Positions 23,295-36,709 of a DNA stretch of 64,000 nucleotides are shown one piece after another. The translations under genes were made by a program, and so were the position numbers. This DNA is from Podarcis bocagei (lineage: Eukaryota). The first letter of the stretch is position 1, and each line of letters starts with the position of its first letter. The notes beneath the pieces were generated by a model. The model had not been told where the DNA came from, did not search any database, and saw only the letters and a program-made list of their open reading frames with translations. The stretch lies in the NCBI GenBank assembly GCA_964188305.1, contig OZ076886.1; one strand, written 5' to 3'.

Positions 23295-23765
23295 GCCTTA
23301 GTGAAGGGGAAGGGAAGATTGTGACTTATAGAGAGTGGAAGCACTCCTCTAAGTAAGAAATATGGAGAGTCATTCAAGAGTTGAGGATTTTCTAGGGAAG
23401 TGGGGTTTCTCTATAGAGCTATGGGCGGTGGCTGTGTCAACAGAGAATGCTTAATCTTACTACTCAATATTTAAAACAATAGTTAACAATAAACAGTTTT
23501 GTATTTTTTAAATTTTATACTGATGTTGTGAACAACCAGCCGCAAGAACTGAAGATAGGGTATGCTAAAAATGCTGTAAAGTTTAAGTACTTATTGTTAG
23601 TGCTGACTCTTTGCAGTCCTGACTCTTTGCTGCTGTTTTTAGTATGGTAATTTACATTCTAATGCAAGAAACATGCTTCCTCTTTATTTGCTCTTCAGCT
23701 TGAGTAACTGCTCTGTGGAGAGGGAAAAGCAAGATATGATTTTTTTGGTAAAAATCTAATCAATA

Positions 23766-23766
<1 letters not shown>

Positions 23767-23817
<51 letters not shown>

Positions 23818-23877
23818 TTATTTATATCCCGCCCTCCCCAGCCGAAGCTGGGCTCAGGGCGGCTAACAACAATAAAT
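23767..23877 (-). mobile_element. 3' end of a second L2-type family with (GTT)n tail
   Basis: (AAC)n followed by TTTATATCCCGCCCTCCCCAGCCGAAGCTGGGCTCAGGGCGG stem-loop. Confidence 0.75.
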
Positions 23878-23926
23878 GAATATTTTATATTTATAAGATG
23901 ATATGGTGATTATTTATTACATTCAT

Positions 23927-24001
23927 ATTCCTGAATTGCACAGGGTTGGACTAGATGACCCTTGTGGTCCCTTCCAACTCTACAACATTATGATTCTATG
24001 A
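23927..24001 (+). mobile_element. CR1 3' end
   Basis: GGGTTGGACTAGATGACCCTTGTGGTCCCTTCCAACTCT...ATGATTCTATGA. Confidence 0.8.
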
Positions 24002-25905
24002 ATAATCATATGAAAAGAAGCAGGAGGGTGTTTTTGTATTGGGGGGTGGAGTTCGCACACACACTGGCTAAGGACTGGCTAAGGACCTTGAAGGATCATG
24101 GCAGTTGAAACAGCTGCAATAGAAGTTTCCCAGTGGCTCTAATAACTTTAATACAAGACACAGTTCTTGTATTAAAGCATTATGAAGGATTATGTGAAGG
24201 AGCAGAACCATGTCAAATATGATGAGCATTCTGTGTTGTCTAGCAAATATATTGATAAATCTTTCACGTCTGAGGGCAGCTTCACCTGAGTTGTGGTGCC
24301 ATCTAATTTCCTCCACATTTCTGTCAGGGTTGGCACATGTGCCTGGGACCACATTTTGGAGTTGCAGATGCCATGTTTTTATGCTTGCGCCTCCTGTTTG
24401 CATGGGAAGACACCAAGATTTTTGTAACCACACATTAACAAATTTCCCACTGAGCCAGGCCTTGTAGAGGTGGGGGTGGGGAAGAGGGTTGGCTAATGTG
24501 GGACAGAGTTTCCTTTAGGAAGGAACTTATTCTTTCTGCTAAAGGAGGGTGGAGGAAAAGGGAGTACACAATGGAAATCCATTTGCTGCACTACTGTCTC
24601 TTCTTTAGTTTCCCTTCAAATCTGACAGGCCTGGGATTAAAGGGTAGGCTACAATGGAGCCTGACAGTACATTACCCATTAATGGTGCTGAATGTCTTAA
24701 CAACTCAGCTATTGGAGATGCATTCAGAAGAGCATGTGAACTGCCTTTCTCCTTCAAAGCTCTTGCTAGACCATGTTTTCTTTTGTAGTTTAACTTTTGT
24801 GTTTGCAAAGAAGCCAACACAAATTGTGCCGCTCCTCTGCCTAGCGGTAGCTTTGGGGGCTATTTCTTCTTTTTTTTACACTTCAATTAAGAAAAGTCAT
24901 CAGTTCTAGGCTGAGGAGTGGGGAGAAAAATTATCCACTAAAAAAAGAGATAAAGAATGATACATTTGCACTTCCTAAACATACCATAAGTTTGCCCTGA
25001 TGGAAGCCTTGACGGATCACTGTGCTATTGTGAAGGCGGGTGAATTTCTGTTGCTAGCAGTATAAATTTGTGATGTTGTAATAATAATAATAATTGTAAT
25101 CTACCTTTGACATTCTAGACTGGAAACAAACAGAACATGTAAAACTAAGCAAAACTCAAAGCAACAAGCTTTAGGGATTCCTGATTGCTTGGCCGGCTAC
25201 AACTGTATCAGCTTGAACTAAGATAAATCCATGTGTTTTCAAGCACACTGGATTTTCTACTATGGCTTATGATATGTGAGCAATGTGGCCTTCAATCACC
25301 AGCCTTTAATTTTTCCAGCCCAATAGATCAGGTTTTTCCTGCTGATTGAACAGATGAATTTATATGGGGTGACCGTAAATCTTTAATAAAAAGGGGATTC
25401 ATCCCCACAGAACCAAACTGAAAAGTTTTGTCAGGACAAAAAGTGTTTTCGAAGCTTTGCATTGCATTGGGTAGAGTATAGTTTTATGAAACTGATAAAT
25501 TCATGTTTTATCACACACCCATGCGCAATGGCAGACTGGTAGATTGTGTGGTTCTACAAGGGGAGAAGAATGTGAGCTGTCACCATAATAGTTGGACCCT
25601 TGTTGAGTTTGCCTATTTTGTACCTAGCCTTCCTCCAAAGAGAAGTATTTTCACCTCACAACAATCCTGTACAAAAGAACCTGGCAAAAATAACGACTTG
25701 CCCATAACACAGTTAGTCTAAAAATAATGACTTTATATTTAACATAGGTGATTGTTTTTCAAGCACAAATAATTTTGCTTGACTAAATGACTAATGCAAG
25801 GCAGTTTAAAGGCAGTGGCTGAGTCAAGAGTGTCATCAACAATTATATAGGGAACAACTGTGATTTAAAGTCCTCATTTTAAAACCAGCAACCAATGAAC
25901 TAAAC

Positions 25906-26040
25906 CAGGCATAAGCAAACTCAGCCCTCCAGATGTTTGGGGACTACAATTCCATCATCCCTGACCACTGGTCCTGTTAGCTACGGATCATGGGAGTTGT
26001 AGTCCCAAAACATCTGGAGGGCCGAGTTTGCCTAAGCCTG
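25906..26040. mobile_element. Palindromic hAT MITE (URR1/Charlie-like), 135 bp
   Basis: Element-wide inverted repeat; perfect 8-bp TSD AACTAAAC at 25898-25905 and 26041-26048. Confidence 0.92.
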
Positions 26041-28577
26041 AACTAAACAACAGCCCTGGTTCATTCAGCTCTACTGTGGGCGCCATGTAGAAGGCCACTC
26101 TTCTGCATCAAAATATCTTGGGTCAACATTATGCAGAAGGCAGGTAGGGAAAAGGGAGCAAGGTCTGGCTCCCTAAGTAAATTTTCACCCTCCCTTCTGT
26201 GTGGACATTCAATGTGTTTGCAGAAGGGCATCACCTAAAAGGGAAGGGGGGGGTGGATATGTTTGTTTGGACTTCATTGAGTGAAAAGCTCTCAGCCCCA
26301 CGAGTGCTCTCTCGTTCTCTTGTCTAGTGGCTGCTCTGCAACTCCCAGCAAAAAGAGGGGAAAGGAGGAGCGGGGAGGAGGAGAAGGGGGGCTTCCTATT
26401 TGCACAAGTGGCTCAACTTCTTCAGGATTCTCTTGTGACTTAAGTTTATTGGTTTACTGAGCTCCGGGCATTTGAACTGCAAAGGCCTTCTTCCAGAACA
26501 ATGTGCTTAGGCCCAAAGAGAACTAGGCAACCAGGGCTCTTGAAATGGAGTGTGATTTCTTTAGGCCTGAAAAGGAGAGGGTGGGTGCTTGCTCTCCTTT
26601 CCGGTCTCTTGCATTGTTGCAGGGGGATGTCTGTGAAAGGGGAGGGAGGAGAGAGAAGGAGGCCAACTCATGTATGGTAATCAGAGATCGCCTTCATTTC
26701 ATTTATTTTATTTCTCTCTACTAAGAAGCCTGTCCCCCATCCCCCACCCCCCACCCCACCCCAAAGGGGATTAGCAATTATGGTGTTTTAGGTAGAGGAA
26801 TCTGTGTAGCATGGAGGATGATGCATTGGGGACAGGGTGGATGTGAAGGTTTCTGTGTATCTAAGATCCTATGGAGAATTCTGTTTTCATCTAGAGGGGG
26901 AAATCAGTAATACTCTACAGTTGCATTGATGCAAATGCAAACACAATGGGTTGCTTGCTCTCTCCTGGGGGTAAATAAATGGGAGATTCATAATTGAAAA
27001 CTTTCCAGAAAAATGGGTAGAAACAAGCCAAGAGGTGGATACTGATAATAATTTTTTTAAAAATCTAATAGTGGGAAAGGTTCTTCCTATGACTTATGTA
27101 GGCATGGCCACTCAGGCTTTTAAAACTAACATTTGTGAACATACAGGTTGTGTTAGAACTCGTGGTTGAAGGTTCCTTTAGTCCAACACTTTGTTCAATA
27201 CAGGTTAAGCGAAAGCTAAGGAACACAGGTTTAGGGGTGGAAAGTGACCAAAATGTGCAGCCAGCTCCTTATCATACGATCTGTCATAACTCCCTTCTGC
27301 AGACTGCAGCCTTTAAGATCCAGAATAGGGACGTAGGCTGGCCATATCAGGATCCAGAGCAGGATCTCATTCTTGAAGCTAACAAGGGAGCTGTTGCAAA
27401 GCCCTCAAAATAGCTATTTGGCCAGAGCACCCACCTTTTTCAACGATACCTCGAAGCTTTAAATCCAAGCCTGAGGTGGCCCAAGGTTTGCATGATGAGT
27501 TCCGCACATTGCGTGCCAACCAGAATCAATTTTGGCTGCCTTTGTATCAATTAAAATTTCCTCCTTGGGTTTCTGAGTATGTCTCGCTCTCTTGCTTTCC
27601 ATAAATGCTTGTGGGCATGGCAGAGACGTAATTAAGCCTGAAAATAGAAACAGCTAACTCTTACTCATTCTGGAAGTGGGAGGCTGTGCTGCATGTCAAA
27701 ACCTGGGAGGAGCGGTGGTGGAATTCCATCACAAACCAAGGGTCACTTTGCTTGATCATGTTAGTTACAAAATGACGCTGGCGCTTGTCCAGCTTTTCTT
27801 CCTACTTCCTCACTTGCATCCTAAGTCATCAGAATGTTTTCTTCCTTTTTTGTGTGTGGAAAAGCTGTTTTGTCTTCCACCAACTTTCAGGAGCAACTGA
27901 TATATCCTTATCTTCTCCAGTCATAAATTCTGTCACTTGCCTGAGAAGCAAAACTAACACAGTCTATCATGATGTACTTTATCCTCCCTCACAGAGAGCT
28001 GCTTGCTCCACAACTCATTGTTAACCTTGTTTCAATAGGATGTTAGTTGTAACCCAAGCAGAGATCAGATAGGCTAGTTGTCTGGAGGAGGAATTCCGAT
28101 TTATCTAATCTTGACACCCTCACTTCCCCATGGGCTGCTAAAATAACTGGGAAAGGACAGAGCTGGTCGCATCCTCAAGCCACAAATCACTGATTGAAAA
28201 CCCCTTTGCTCAGTGGGGACACAATAAAGCAGGTTTCAATGAGAGGAAGGAGAAGGATCCACAGAGAAAGGTTCCCTTATCTTAATAAGAGTCTGATGAA
28301 TTGCAGAATGCAGCCACTTTGGGCTGTAAGACAGAGTCCAGCAAAACATTTTAAAGCATTTGTTCAAAGTCAAAGAGATGACTTGGAGGTGGGGGGGGGG
28401 GGAATGTGTCAGTTTTCCAGTGTGGTGTTAAACTGGGTTGAAGTAGGGCAGAACATAATGTCAAATAAAGCTTTGTTCTGTGTATCCCCAAGTCAGAGAA
28501 CAGGTTCACACAAGCAACACCAGGTAATGACTTCCATGCTTGAATGAATCATTCTAAATCTTGCAGACTAATTTTTC

Positions 28578-28926
28578 ATTATGATGATGATGATAATGAT
28601 GATGATATATTATTTATACCCCGACCATCTGGCTGGGTTTCCCCAGTCACTCTGGTTGGCTTCCAACAAAATATTAAAAATACAATAAAACATCAGACAT
28701 TAAAAACTTCCCTAAAGAGGGCTACCTTCAGATGTCTTCTAAAAGTCAGATAGTTGTTTATTTCCTTGACACCTGATGGGAGGGCGTTCCACAGGGTGGG
28801 TGCGCCGCCACCTGTAACCTCACCTCCCACAGTGAAGGAACCACCAGAAGGCCCTCAGAGCTGGACCTCAGTGTCTGGGCTAAAGTTGGGGGTGGAGACG
28901 CTGCTTCAGGTATACTGGGCCGAGGC
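28578..28926 (-). mobile_element. L2 3' fragment
   Basis: Homologous to 3331-3728 with internal deletions; (TCA)n-type tail. Confidence 0.88.
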
Positions 28927-29249
28927 TGATGTCACATCACTTCAAATGCATTGTTATGCTTTCTTCCCACTGAATCAGTTGCAGTCATTCGTCAACCATC
29001 ACCTGTGGTCTGCAAGTAATGTGCTTGCAGTGCAGACTTCTGATAAGGGGGCACCAGCAGCCCTGGATTTATGGCAGTGCAAACTTTTCCCCTGCACAGG
29101 GCACCAAACTGAGGGGGCTCAAAATTGAGAACATCCATAACTGAGAAGACCCATTCTGGGGCGTCAAATTTTAGCTTTGCACAGGGCGCCATATTAAAAA
29201 AGATTACCAAAGTCTGCCTGTGGCACAAAGCTTGCTACAAGCGACACTT

Positions 29250-29975
29250 TGTTAAAACATCTCCACTGGTTGCCCATCTACTACTTACTGTAGCTGGGTT
29301 CAAGGACCTTGTATTAATGTACAAAAACCTGAACAACTTCAGTCTAGAGCAGGGGTAGGCAACCTAAGGCCTGGGGCCCAGATGCAGCCCAATTGCCTTC
29401 TCAATCTGGCCCATGGATGGTCCGGGAATCAGCATGTTTTTACATGAGTAGAATGTGTCCTTTTATTTAAAATGCATCTCTGGCTTATTTGTGGGGCCTG
29501 CCTGGTGTTTTTACATGAGTAGAATGTGTGCTTTTATTTAAAATGCACCTCTGGGTTATTTGTGGGGCATAGGAATTCGTTCATTCCCCTCCCCCAAAAA
29601 ATATAGTCCAGCCCACCACGTGGTTGAGGGACGATGGAGCAGCCCACAGCTGAAAAAGATTGCTGACCCCCTGGTCTAGAGTACCTTAGGGGCTGCCTGA
29701 AACCAGCAGAGATCATCTGTGTTGCTGGTTGTCTCCTGAGCTGGTGAGGCTCATTTAACATCAGTACAAAACTGAGCGGTCAGGGTTGTTGGCACAATCC
29801 CGTGCAATGCTCTTCCCACAGAGGTTCAGCAGGTGCCTTCTGTATTAGTTTCCAAACATTTGCTATTTTCATTTTGTGTTTTTCTTAATTGTGTTTTAAT
29901 TGTTGTAAACTGCTTTATATTTCTCAATGAAAGTGTAGTATACAGATTTTTTTTATATAAAGGAATAAATAAATT
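29250..29975 (+). mobile_element. Old L2 3' fragment interrupted by a hAT MITE
   Basis: HLHWLPI..FKDLVLMYKNLNN..EYL reads across the MITE; T-rich UTR and TGTAAACTGCTT tail. Confidence 0.55.
29350..29673 (-). mobile_element. hAT MITE, same family as 50929 and 63112
   Basis: Termini CAGGGGTAGGCAA / TTGCTGACCCCCTG; TSD GTCTAGAG at 29342-29349 and 29674-29681. Confidence 0.9.
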
Positions 29976-30564
29976 GCTTAGATGAATTTTCGAGAAGGAG
30001 GGCACAGGGCAGGCATCTATTTTGGGGCCTGGCAATGGCCCAAGGTTGCTGGGTGTGACGCCTGACATGGCTGTAAGACAACATGAGGGAGTCCAGTGTC
30101 GCTTCCTCAGGAGAGCTCATGAAATAGAAACAATATTGCTCTTTGAAGTTATTGAGCCCTCCAGTGTGAAAGTGTTTAAAAACGCACAGCATCTGTTGGA
30201 CACAATCCTACAGGAATGTTTGTTGAAATTGATAGGAATTACACAAGGGCACATCTTAATGGTGTTTGTGTATAAGACAATGTTGATGCTTCTGGGTTGT
30301 GCAGATGTTTTCTCACAACAAGATGGCTGAGGCAAGTGCCTGTCCATAGTTTCTTCTTTTTTGACATTATCATCAACAATGCTTTTTCATTTGCCTTTTT
30401 TAAAGCAGACATATGCAAATGAGGAATGGCTTTCTCTCTCACCCTCCCCCACCTCTCCCAGTCAGGAGGGGCAACTGCTCTACCTACACAGCTAAAGCTT
30501 TCTCCACACCATGCATTATACAGTTTTAGGTCTGAATTGTGTGCAGACAACAGCTCACCCTGTG

Positions 30565-30589
30565 TGATATGATATGATATGATATGATA
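30565..30589. repeat. (GATAT)n pentanucleotide repeat
   Basis: Direct reading. Confidence 0.85.
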
Positions 30590-30970
30590 GGTGAGCTATC
30601 AGGAAATGAATATGTAAACAGTAATATGATCCCCAAGGGACGCTTGCTTTTTTGGAGAATTGTCTTACCAAGAAAACATAGGACATGACAGGTTTCATTA
30701 AGTTTTCAGTTTACATGAGCACGACTAGATAAATAGCTGACCTGATTTGGATGTTGGTAGATTTTGATTTGTGGAATTAATATATAAGAAGATTTCCTGT
30801 TTCTGCCTCATAATTAATTGTGCCTCTGTGCAGTTTCTTGTTAACTCGTTGATGCCATAAGAAGCATCTGGCTTCCCTTGACCATTTGGAAAAGGCTCTC
30901 TGGCTTCACTTCCAAAGAGTTAACAAAAAATTAACTCTGGCAAAACTGGCTGGAATTGAGTAGCCATTCA

Positions 30971-31252
30971 TGTTTTCTGCTGCTCCAGAGAAGCGGACAC
31001 GGAGCAATGGATCCAAACTACAAGAAAGAAGATTCCACCTAAACATTAGGAAGAACTTCCTGACAGTAAGAGCTGTTCGACAGTGGAATTTGCTGCCAAG
31101 GAGTGTGGTGGAGTCTCCTTCTTTGGAGGTCTTTAAGCAGAGGCTTGACAACCATATGTCAGGAGTGCTCTGATGATGTTTCCTGCTTGGCAGGGGGTTG
31201 GACTCAATGGCCCTTGTGGTCTCTTCCAACTCTATGATTCTATTATTCTATG
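30971..31252 (+). mobile_element. CR1 LINE 3' fragment (ORF2 end plus 3' UTR)
   Basis: RTRSNGSKLQERRFHLNIRKNFLTVRAVRQWNLLPRSVVESPSLEVFKQRLD*; TTCTATGA-type tail. Confidence 0.93.
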
Positions 31253-32382
31253 TGCATCCGTGTACCTAGCACTCACCCCAAGACATAAGGTATCAAAGAA
31301 ACCTTTTCAATGATGGGATTTATGGGAGGGAAATGATCCAGTCTTATCAGTACTACATGGTTTGTTTGTTTTCTGCACACTTTCAAATTTAAAATGAGGT
31401 GATCATTACAATACGCTGAGTATTCATAAACCACAAAAATATTTTAGAAATAAATATGACACTTCTAGTGGAAGCACGTGATTCTTACATGGGGGGGGCA
31501 TCTTGTCTTGCATAATAGGCAGTAACATTCTAAGCATCAAAAATTCCCTATGGTAAAGATTATGCTTTCATCTAAAATTAGCATATATATTTTTTCCAAT
31601 GGGTGGGTGGGAAATTGGGAAAGCACTAGATATGTTTTATAGGCACACTTCAGACTCACAGACCGATTCCTTTCCTACATCGTAAACACAACAGACGTTG
31701 AACTTCTGAACTTTTAAAAATTAGTGATATAAGCAAGTACAAATGTGCCAAATGTGTGTGCACTGCCTTTCCTTTTGGGGAGTTGAATCCCAAAAAAACC
31801 CCACCCCCTTTTGATGCTGTCCCAGAAAAATCATTAAGATGTGCTGCAAGATGTTTTACAGTGGAAATGCTCTTTTCCATCAGATTCCCCTTTAAAAATG
31901 CTTCTCATGACAAATCCACACACATTTTGAAGAGTCACTTCCCTGTGTGTTTAACTGGGGCTACTCTGAAAATGAAATTTTGAGAAAAATTCAGCCATGC
32001 AAACAGCCCATCCGGCTTAAACCTGGAATCTTATCCACAGCTCTGCACAACAAAATTCTGTTGATCTCAAAGACACTTGCACAGGTGTGGCTGTGTAGTA
32101 TTTCAGCTTATAGGATTTTGCTATTTTACCTACAGCTCAACAGAACTGCGGCTTGAACCAATCTATGATAGCTGTCTGTAATATTATCTCAGAAACCTTT
32201 GGATTTTGACCTAAATACACACCTGCACTTCATACCCTTTATATATTATATATTAACTGTTATCTCTCCATATTCCTTTACTTTCTAAATGTGACCTGGA
32301 CATTTTACACAAAGGAGGGTGTGACACTAAGCATTCCAGACTACACAAGTGGGCAACCAAAATGGGATATTTTTAATTATTT

Positions 32383-32505
32383 GTGTGGTGTAGTGCTTAA
32401 AGTGTCAGACTAGGACCTGACAGATCAGGATTCAAATCCCCACTTGGCCGTGAAGCTCACTGGGTGACTTTGGACCAGTCACTGCCTCTTAGCCTAACCT
32501 ACCTC
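32383..32505 (+). mobile_element. Squam3/MIR-like SINE 5' half
   Basis: GTGTGGTGTAGTG...GGATTCAAATCCC...TGGGTGACTTTGGACCAGTCAC...AGCCTAACCTACCTC. Confidence 0.75.
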
Positions 32506-35077
32506 TGCTTGCCAGACAGTGACAGAACCATCTGCTTCCCACCCCCCTTGACCCTGAGCCAATCTTGGGATGGCCCCCGGGAAAGGAGAAGTAGAGAACA
32601 TCATTTTGCAAGTGAAAGTCCTTGTGCTGAGCTTCCACTGAACTGACTCATTAGCTGAATCCCGTCCACGATGTTTTACCACCTTGTACAACAAACAAGT
32701 TTACGCGTAATATTGCAAGCGTGTCACCAGTTTAATTAAGATAGTTATTCTACTTTTCTCCCCAGTTTGTTTGTGTTTCACAATGGCTAAATTGACTCTC
32801 AACTGGAAAGTGAACAACATGGAAATTCTGGAGTTAGACAGGTCAACTTTTTGTCAAGTCAAATAGGTTGCTATGTTGTTTCTAGAGAGCATGAAGAGTT
32901 ACTTATAACTGTCACTTAAATCTAGAGACTCTAGGTCCTTCCCGACACTCTGGGTGGGCAAACCACTACTTCCTATTACCATAGTTTAGGCACTAGTTAT
33001 GTATTACATTCAGACTTTGGGAACCAAAAGGACCATAAGTGTGGGATGAAAGAGCCAAGCTGCTCTGGGCCTCTGTTGTGTGGCCTGTTTCTAAGAGGGT
33101 GATAAAATGGCAGAGGCAAAGAAGATAGATCATACGCCAGTAAATGCTTTTATTGGTGCCAACATCTGAAAGAGAGTCACCATTTTCTTAAACCATTTCA
33201 GCAACAGCCAGTGATTTAAAGAGAAGGCCAGACTTTACAAGGGGACAAACCTCCCTTGAAATCTTTCTTTTACTCCCTTACACCCCCTCTCTCATTCTTT
33301 CTTTTCTCCCTCCCCCCATTTCTTTTCTCCTCCTCCTCCCCCCGCCCCCTCCCCGCCTTCTCTCAGCCCTCAAAAGCTAAAGTTGTTACTCTAAGTCCTT
33401 TTTGAGGAGAGAGAACCGTGATGAAATTCCTGTGTTGGCACGGCTGATGTTAATGGCTAACATTGGGGGCAAAGGTCCTCGAAGGCCCCCACATCTGCAG
33501 CTTTGTACAGGCCTCACCTCCGAAAAGGCCTCAAAGTGTGTAGCCAGCCAAGGCCTAATGTGTATTAGCAAGACAAAGGCCTGAGGAGAGGAGGAGAGGG
33601 GATGAGCTTTAATTTACTGAAGATTTATTAGGGCCTCATGAAATCAGCCTGAACCACCCATTTTCTATATCATCTGCACATATCTAAAGGAGGTGGCTTT
33701 GTTGTGGGGAGATGGTCATTTAGAATTATCTAGCCACAAATCTTGCCGGGATAAAAGCTGTTGAGACAGGAGCAGGACGTAGAGGCAAGTTCACACTCAG
33801 AACTCCGATTCGAAAATCTGGAAATGTGTGTGTTGCCATTCAGACTATATCTCTCCCTCCATCTCCCTCCCCCCCTTTTTGTTTTTTTTACTTGTAAGAT
33901 GCTGCTTGATCTATTTTTATAGGTTATACCTTGTCTACACAAACATATAAAGGGGTTCTCTTAAGTGAGGAGATCATGCTCCGGTCTTGGGGAAATACAT
34001 TTTGGAACCCATCTTATGGGAGCGTTGTTTGAACAAATCACCAATGAATGGTCCTGCTCAGAAGTTATCATGACATGTAGACCAACAAGTGGGACCATGG
34101 CTAGCCCTGCCTGTGACATGGTGTGCACTGACTAGCCCTGCTCCCTGGCATTCATGTATACAGTATGAACAGCTGCAGAGACCAAGCTTCTGTGTTTCTG
34201 TGTACATGTGAATGTCGCTGCAGACATTCATGCTTTATGTACAGATGCTGGCAGTGGAGCTAGTTGGAGCATGCAGTGTTGGGGGTGGGGTTACACATGC
34301 ATTGGTCCACACATTAGTGATGACTTCTGAGTAACGCTACTCAGTTCAGCATATTTGCTGAATTATGAGCTCAGATGCTAGTTTACTGTTAGTACACCTG
34401 AGGGGGTCTAAATGGTTAGAGGTTTTAAAGAAGGCAAGTATGGACTCCCTTCCCTTTTGTTATATTAATTTATTATTTCATTGTGTTAAATAATAATATC
34501 CTGCTTTCTCCCTCCATAAAAGAATTGCCATACAATCAGTAGTTAACAAATAAAAATGGAAGCATAAAAACAACAATCCAAACAATAAACCCCAGATTAT
34601 CAAACAAAAAATAGCCACAAAATGTGAAGAAACAAAGAGCAGCCCTCATAATAAATGAGGACCTTTCCAGATATACCATTTATAGCACTAGAACATATTG
34701 CCGTGTTTTGGAGGGTGATTGTACAAAACACCCTGATACACATAAAAGTGAGAAATTGCATAAAATGCCTTCCACTCAATGAAAAGATTGCAGAACCATT
34801 CTGGACCTTGAACAAATCTCAGAATTATTGTGATGGAAGAAAGAGCAGTTGCAATATTCCAGAATAGCAGTGGAGCACTAAGGATATAATGTGGTAGCAT
34901 GTGGTAGAGAAACTAGAAGGGCCTTAAACAGCTATGGAATCAAAAGCTTGCTTTAACAAGGAAACCTTTCAAATTCCAGCAGAACACAAATAAAGAAAAT
35001 GATCTCGCCTTTGAGGGAAATACATTTTGCATATGTAGCAGCATCTGAGAGAAAGCCCTTCTCATGTGCTGACACTA

Positions 35078-35329
35078 ACCAGTGTGGTGTAGTGGTTAAG
35101 AGCGATGGACTCGTAATCTGGTGAACCGGGTTCACTTCCCTCTCCTCCACATGCAGCTGCTGGGTGACCTTGGGCCAGTCACACTTCTTTGAAGTCTCTC
35201 AGCCCCACTCACCTCACAAAATGTTTGTTGTGGGGGAGGAAGGGAAATGAGATTGTTAGTCCCTTTGAGACTCCTTAAGGGGAGTGAAAGGTGGGATATC
35301 AAGTCCAAACTCCTCCTCCTCCTCTTCTT
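35078..35329 (+). mobile_element. Squam3-type SINE, full length
   Basis: CCAGTGTGGTGTAGTGGTTAAGAGC head, GGGTGACCTTGGGCCAGTCAC core, (CTC/CTT)n tail. Confidence 0.85.
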
Positions 35330-35475
35330 ACCTTAAAACATAACAAAAACTTTCAATATGAAAATAAAATTTGTGCATTCAGCTTGGATTTGCTGCAATG
35401 TGAAATTCAATTCCAGTCTGGGGAGTCCAAAACCTTTTTTTTTTTTTTAGGACTACTTCATATATATTCTGCATA

Positions 35476-35701
35476 CAATGGTACCTCAGGTTACATAAGC
35501 TTCAGGTTACAGACTCCGCTAACCTAGAAATAGTACCTTGGGTTAAGAACTTTGTTTCAGGATGAGAACAGAAATCGTGCTCCGGCAGCGCGGCAGCAGC
35601 AGGAAGCCCCATTAGCGAAAGTGGTGCTTCAGGTTAAGAACAGTTTCAGGTTAAGAACGGACCTCCGGAACGAATTAAGTACTTAACCCGAGGTACCACT
35701 G
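35476..35701. mobile_element. Tc1/mariner MITE, family A
   Basis: TA-CAATGGTACCTCAGGTTA...TAACCCGAGGTACCACTG-TA. Confidence 0.9.
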
Positions 35702-36678
35702 TATTTGTGTTTTCTCTGACTGGGCTTTTTTAAGTGTTAAAATGACTTGAAACAGTTATTTTAAAGTAACTATCCATGAGTAGGTATGTGTTGATTGTTA
35801 TACCCATGCCAGTTTTCTCAGAGAGCCGTTTCCCCATTAGACCCATTCCCAAGTACTGTAAAAACCTTAAAACACTTGGAGCAAAGTATTCCTGCAGATG
35901 CTGGAGTGATAAGCTGAATGACCTGAAATGCCTTGCCTATGGCAAGCACCAGTATCTCTCTGATGTTAAAGGTGTATGATATATCTCAGGTGAATGCCAT
36001 AGCCTTAGGTACCTAACATTTTTACCTGCCCTACTCCTGTTGCTTTAACACCCACTCAAGAAATGAAAGATATGAAGCTTTCCCCTTCGCTTCATCTCCA
36101 TGGTAGGAAAAGATTCGCCTGGTGGATTATTGCACATCAAGTAGCTTTTAAAGGCACATGAGCAAGAGAAATATTTTGCAAGGAAATGAAAAAAAGGTTG
36201 GCAACTCTATACATCCTTATGTTGTCATTTGCACATTTAGTTCCAGTATTTAACCCATTAAGAAGGTACAAAACACCCTAAAGCACACAGGCTTGTATAG
36301 ATTTGTGTCTGTCTCAAAGACAATCAGCACACCCTGAACTGGGGGAGGGAAGGAGAAGGCAAGTTATTCAGATGAGAATATTGAAAGGCAGATGTTCGTG
36401 GGGAACACTGTGAGCTGGTGAAAAGAATGTGAAAGTAGCAATCAAACTGCACGTTTCCATGGACTTAATGCTCCTCTTGCTTTGTGGGCTGTAAAGTCAT
36501 GTCAGACCTAATCTATCCTTAATGAGCTCTCTCCTTCTCTCTGTTGTGAAGGGATACTCACCAGCAAATGCAAATTAACACACAATTGTCTTGTCGGTAA
36601 TTGTTAGAGGCAATCCATCCCTCCTACTTCCTGAACAAATGCCCATCCCCATATCTCCCCCTTGGAAACTCTTATGGA

Positions 36679-36706
<28 letters not shown>
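36679..36706. repeat. (CTG)n trinucleotide repeat, about 9 units
   Basis: Direct reading. Confidence 0.9.
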
Positions 36707-36709
<3 letters not shown>

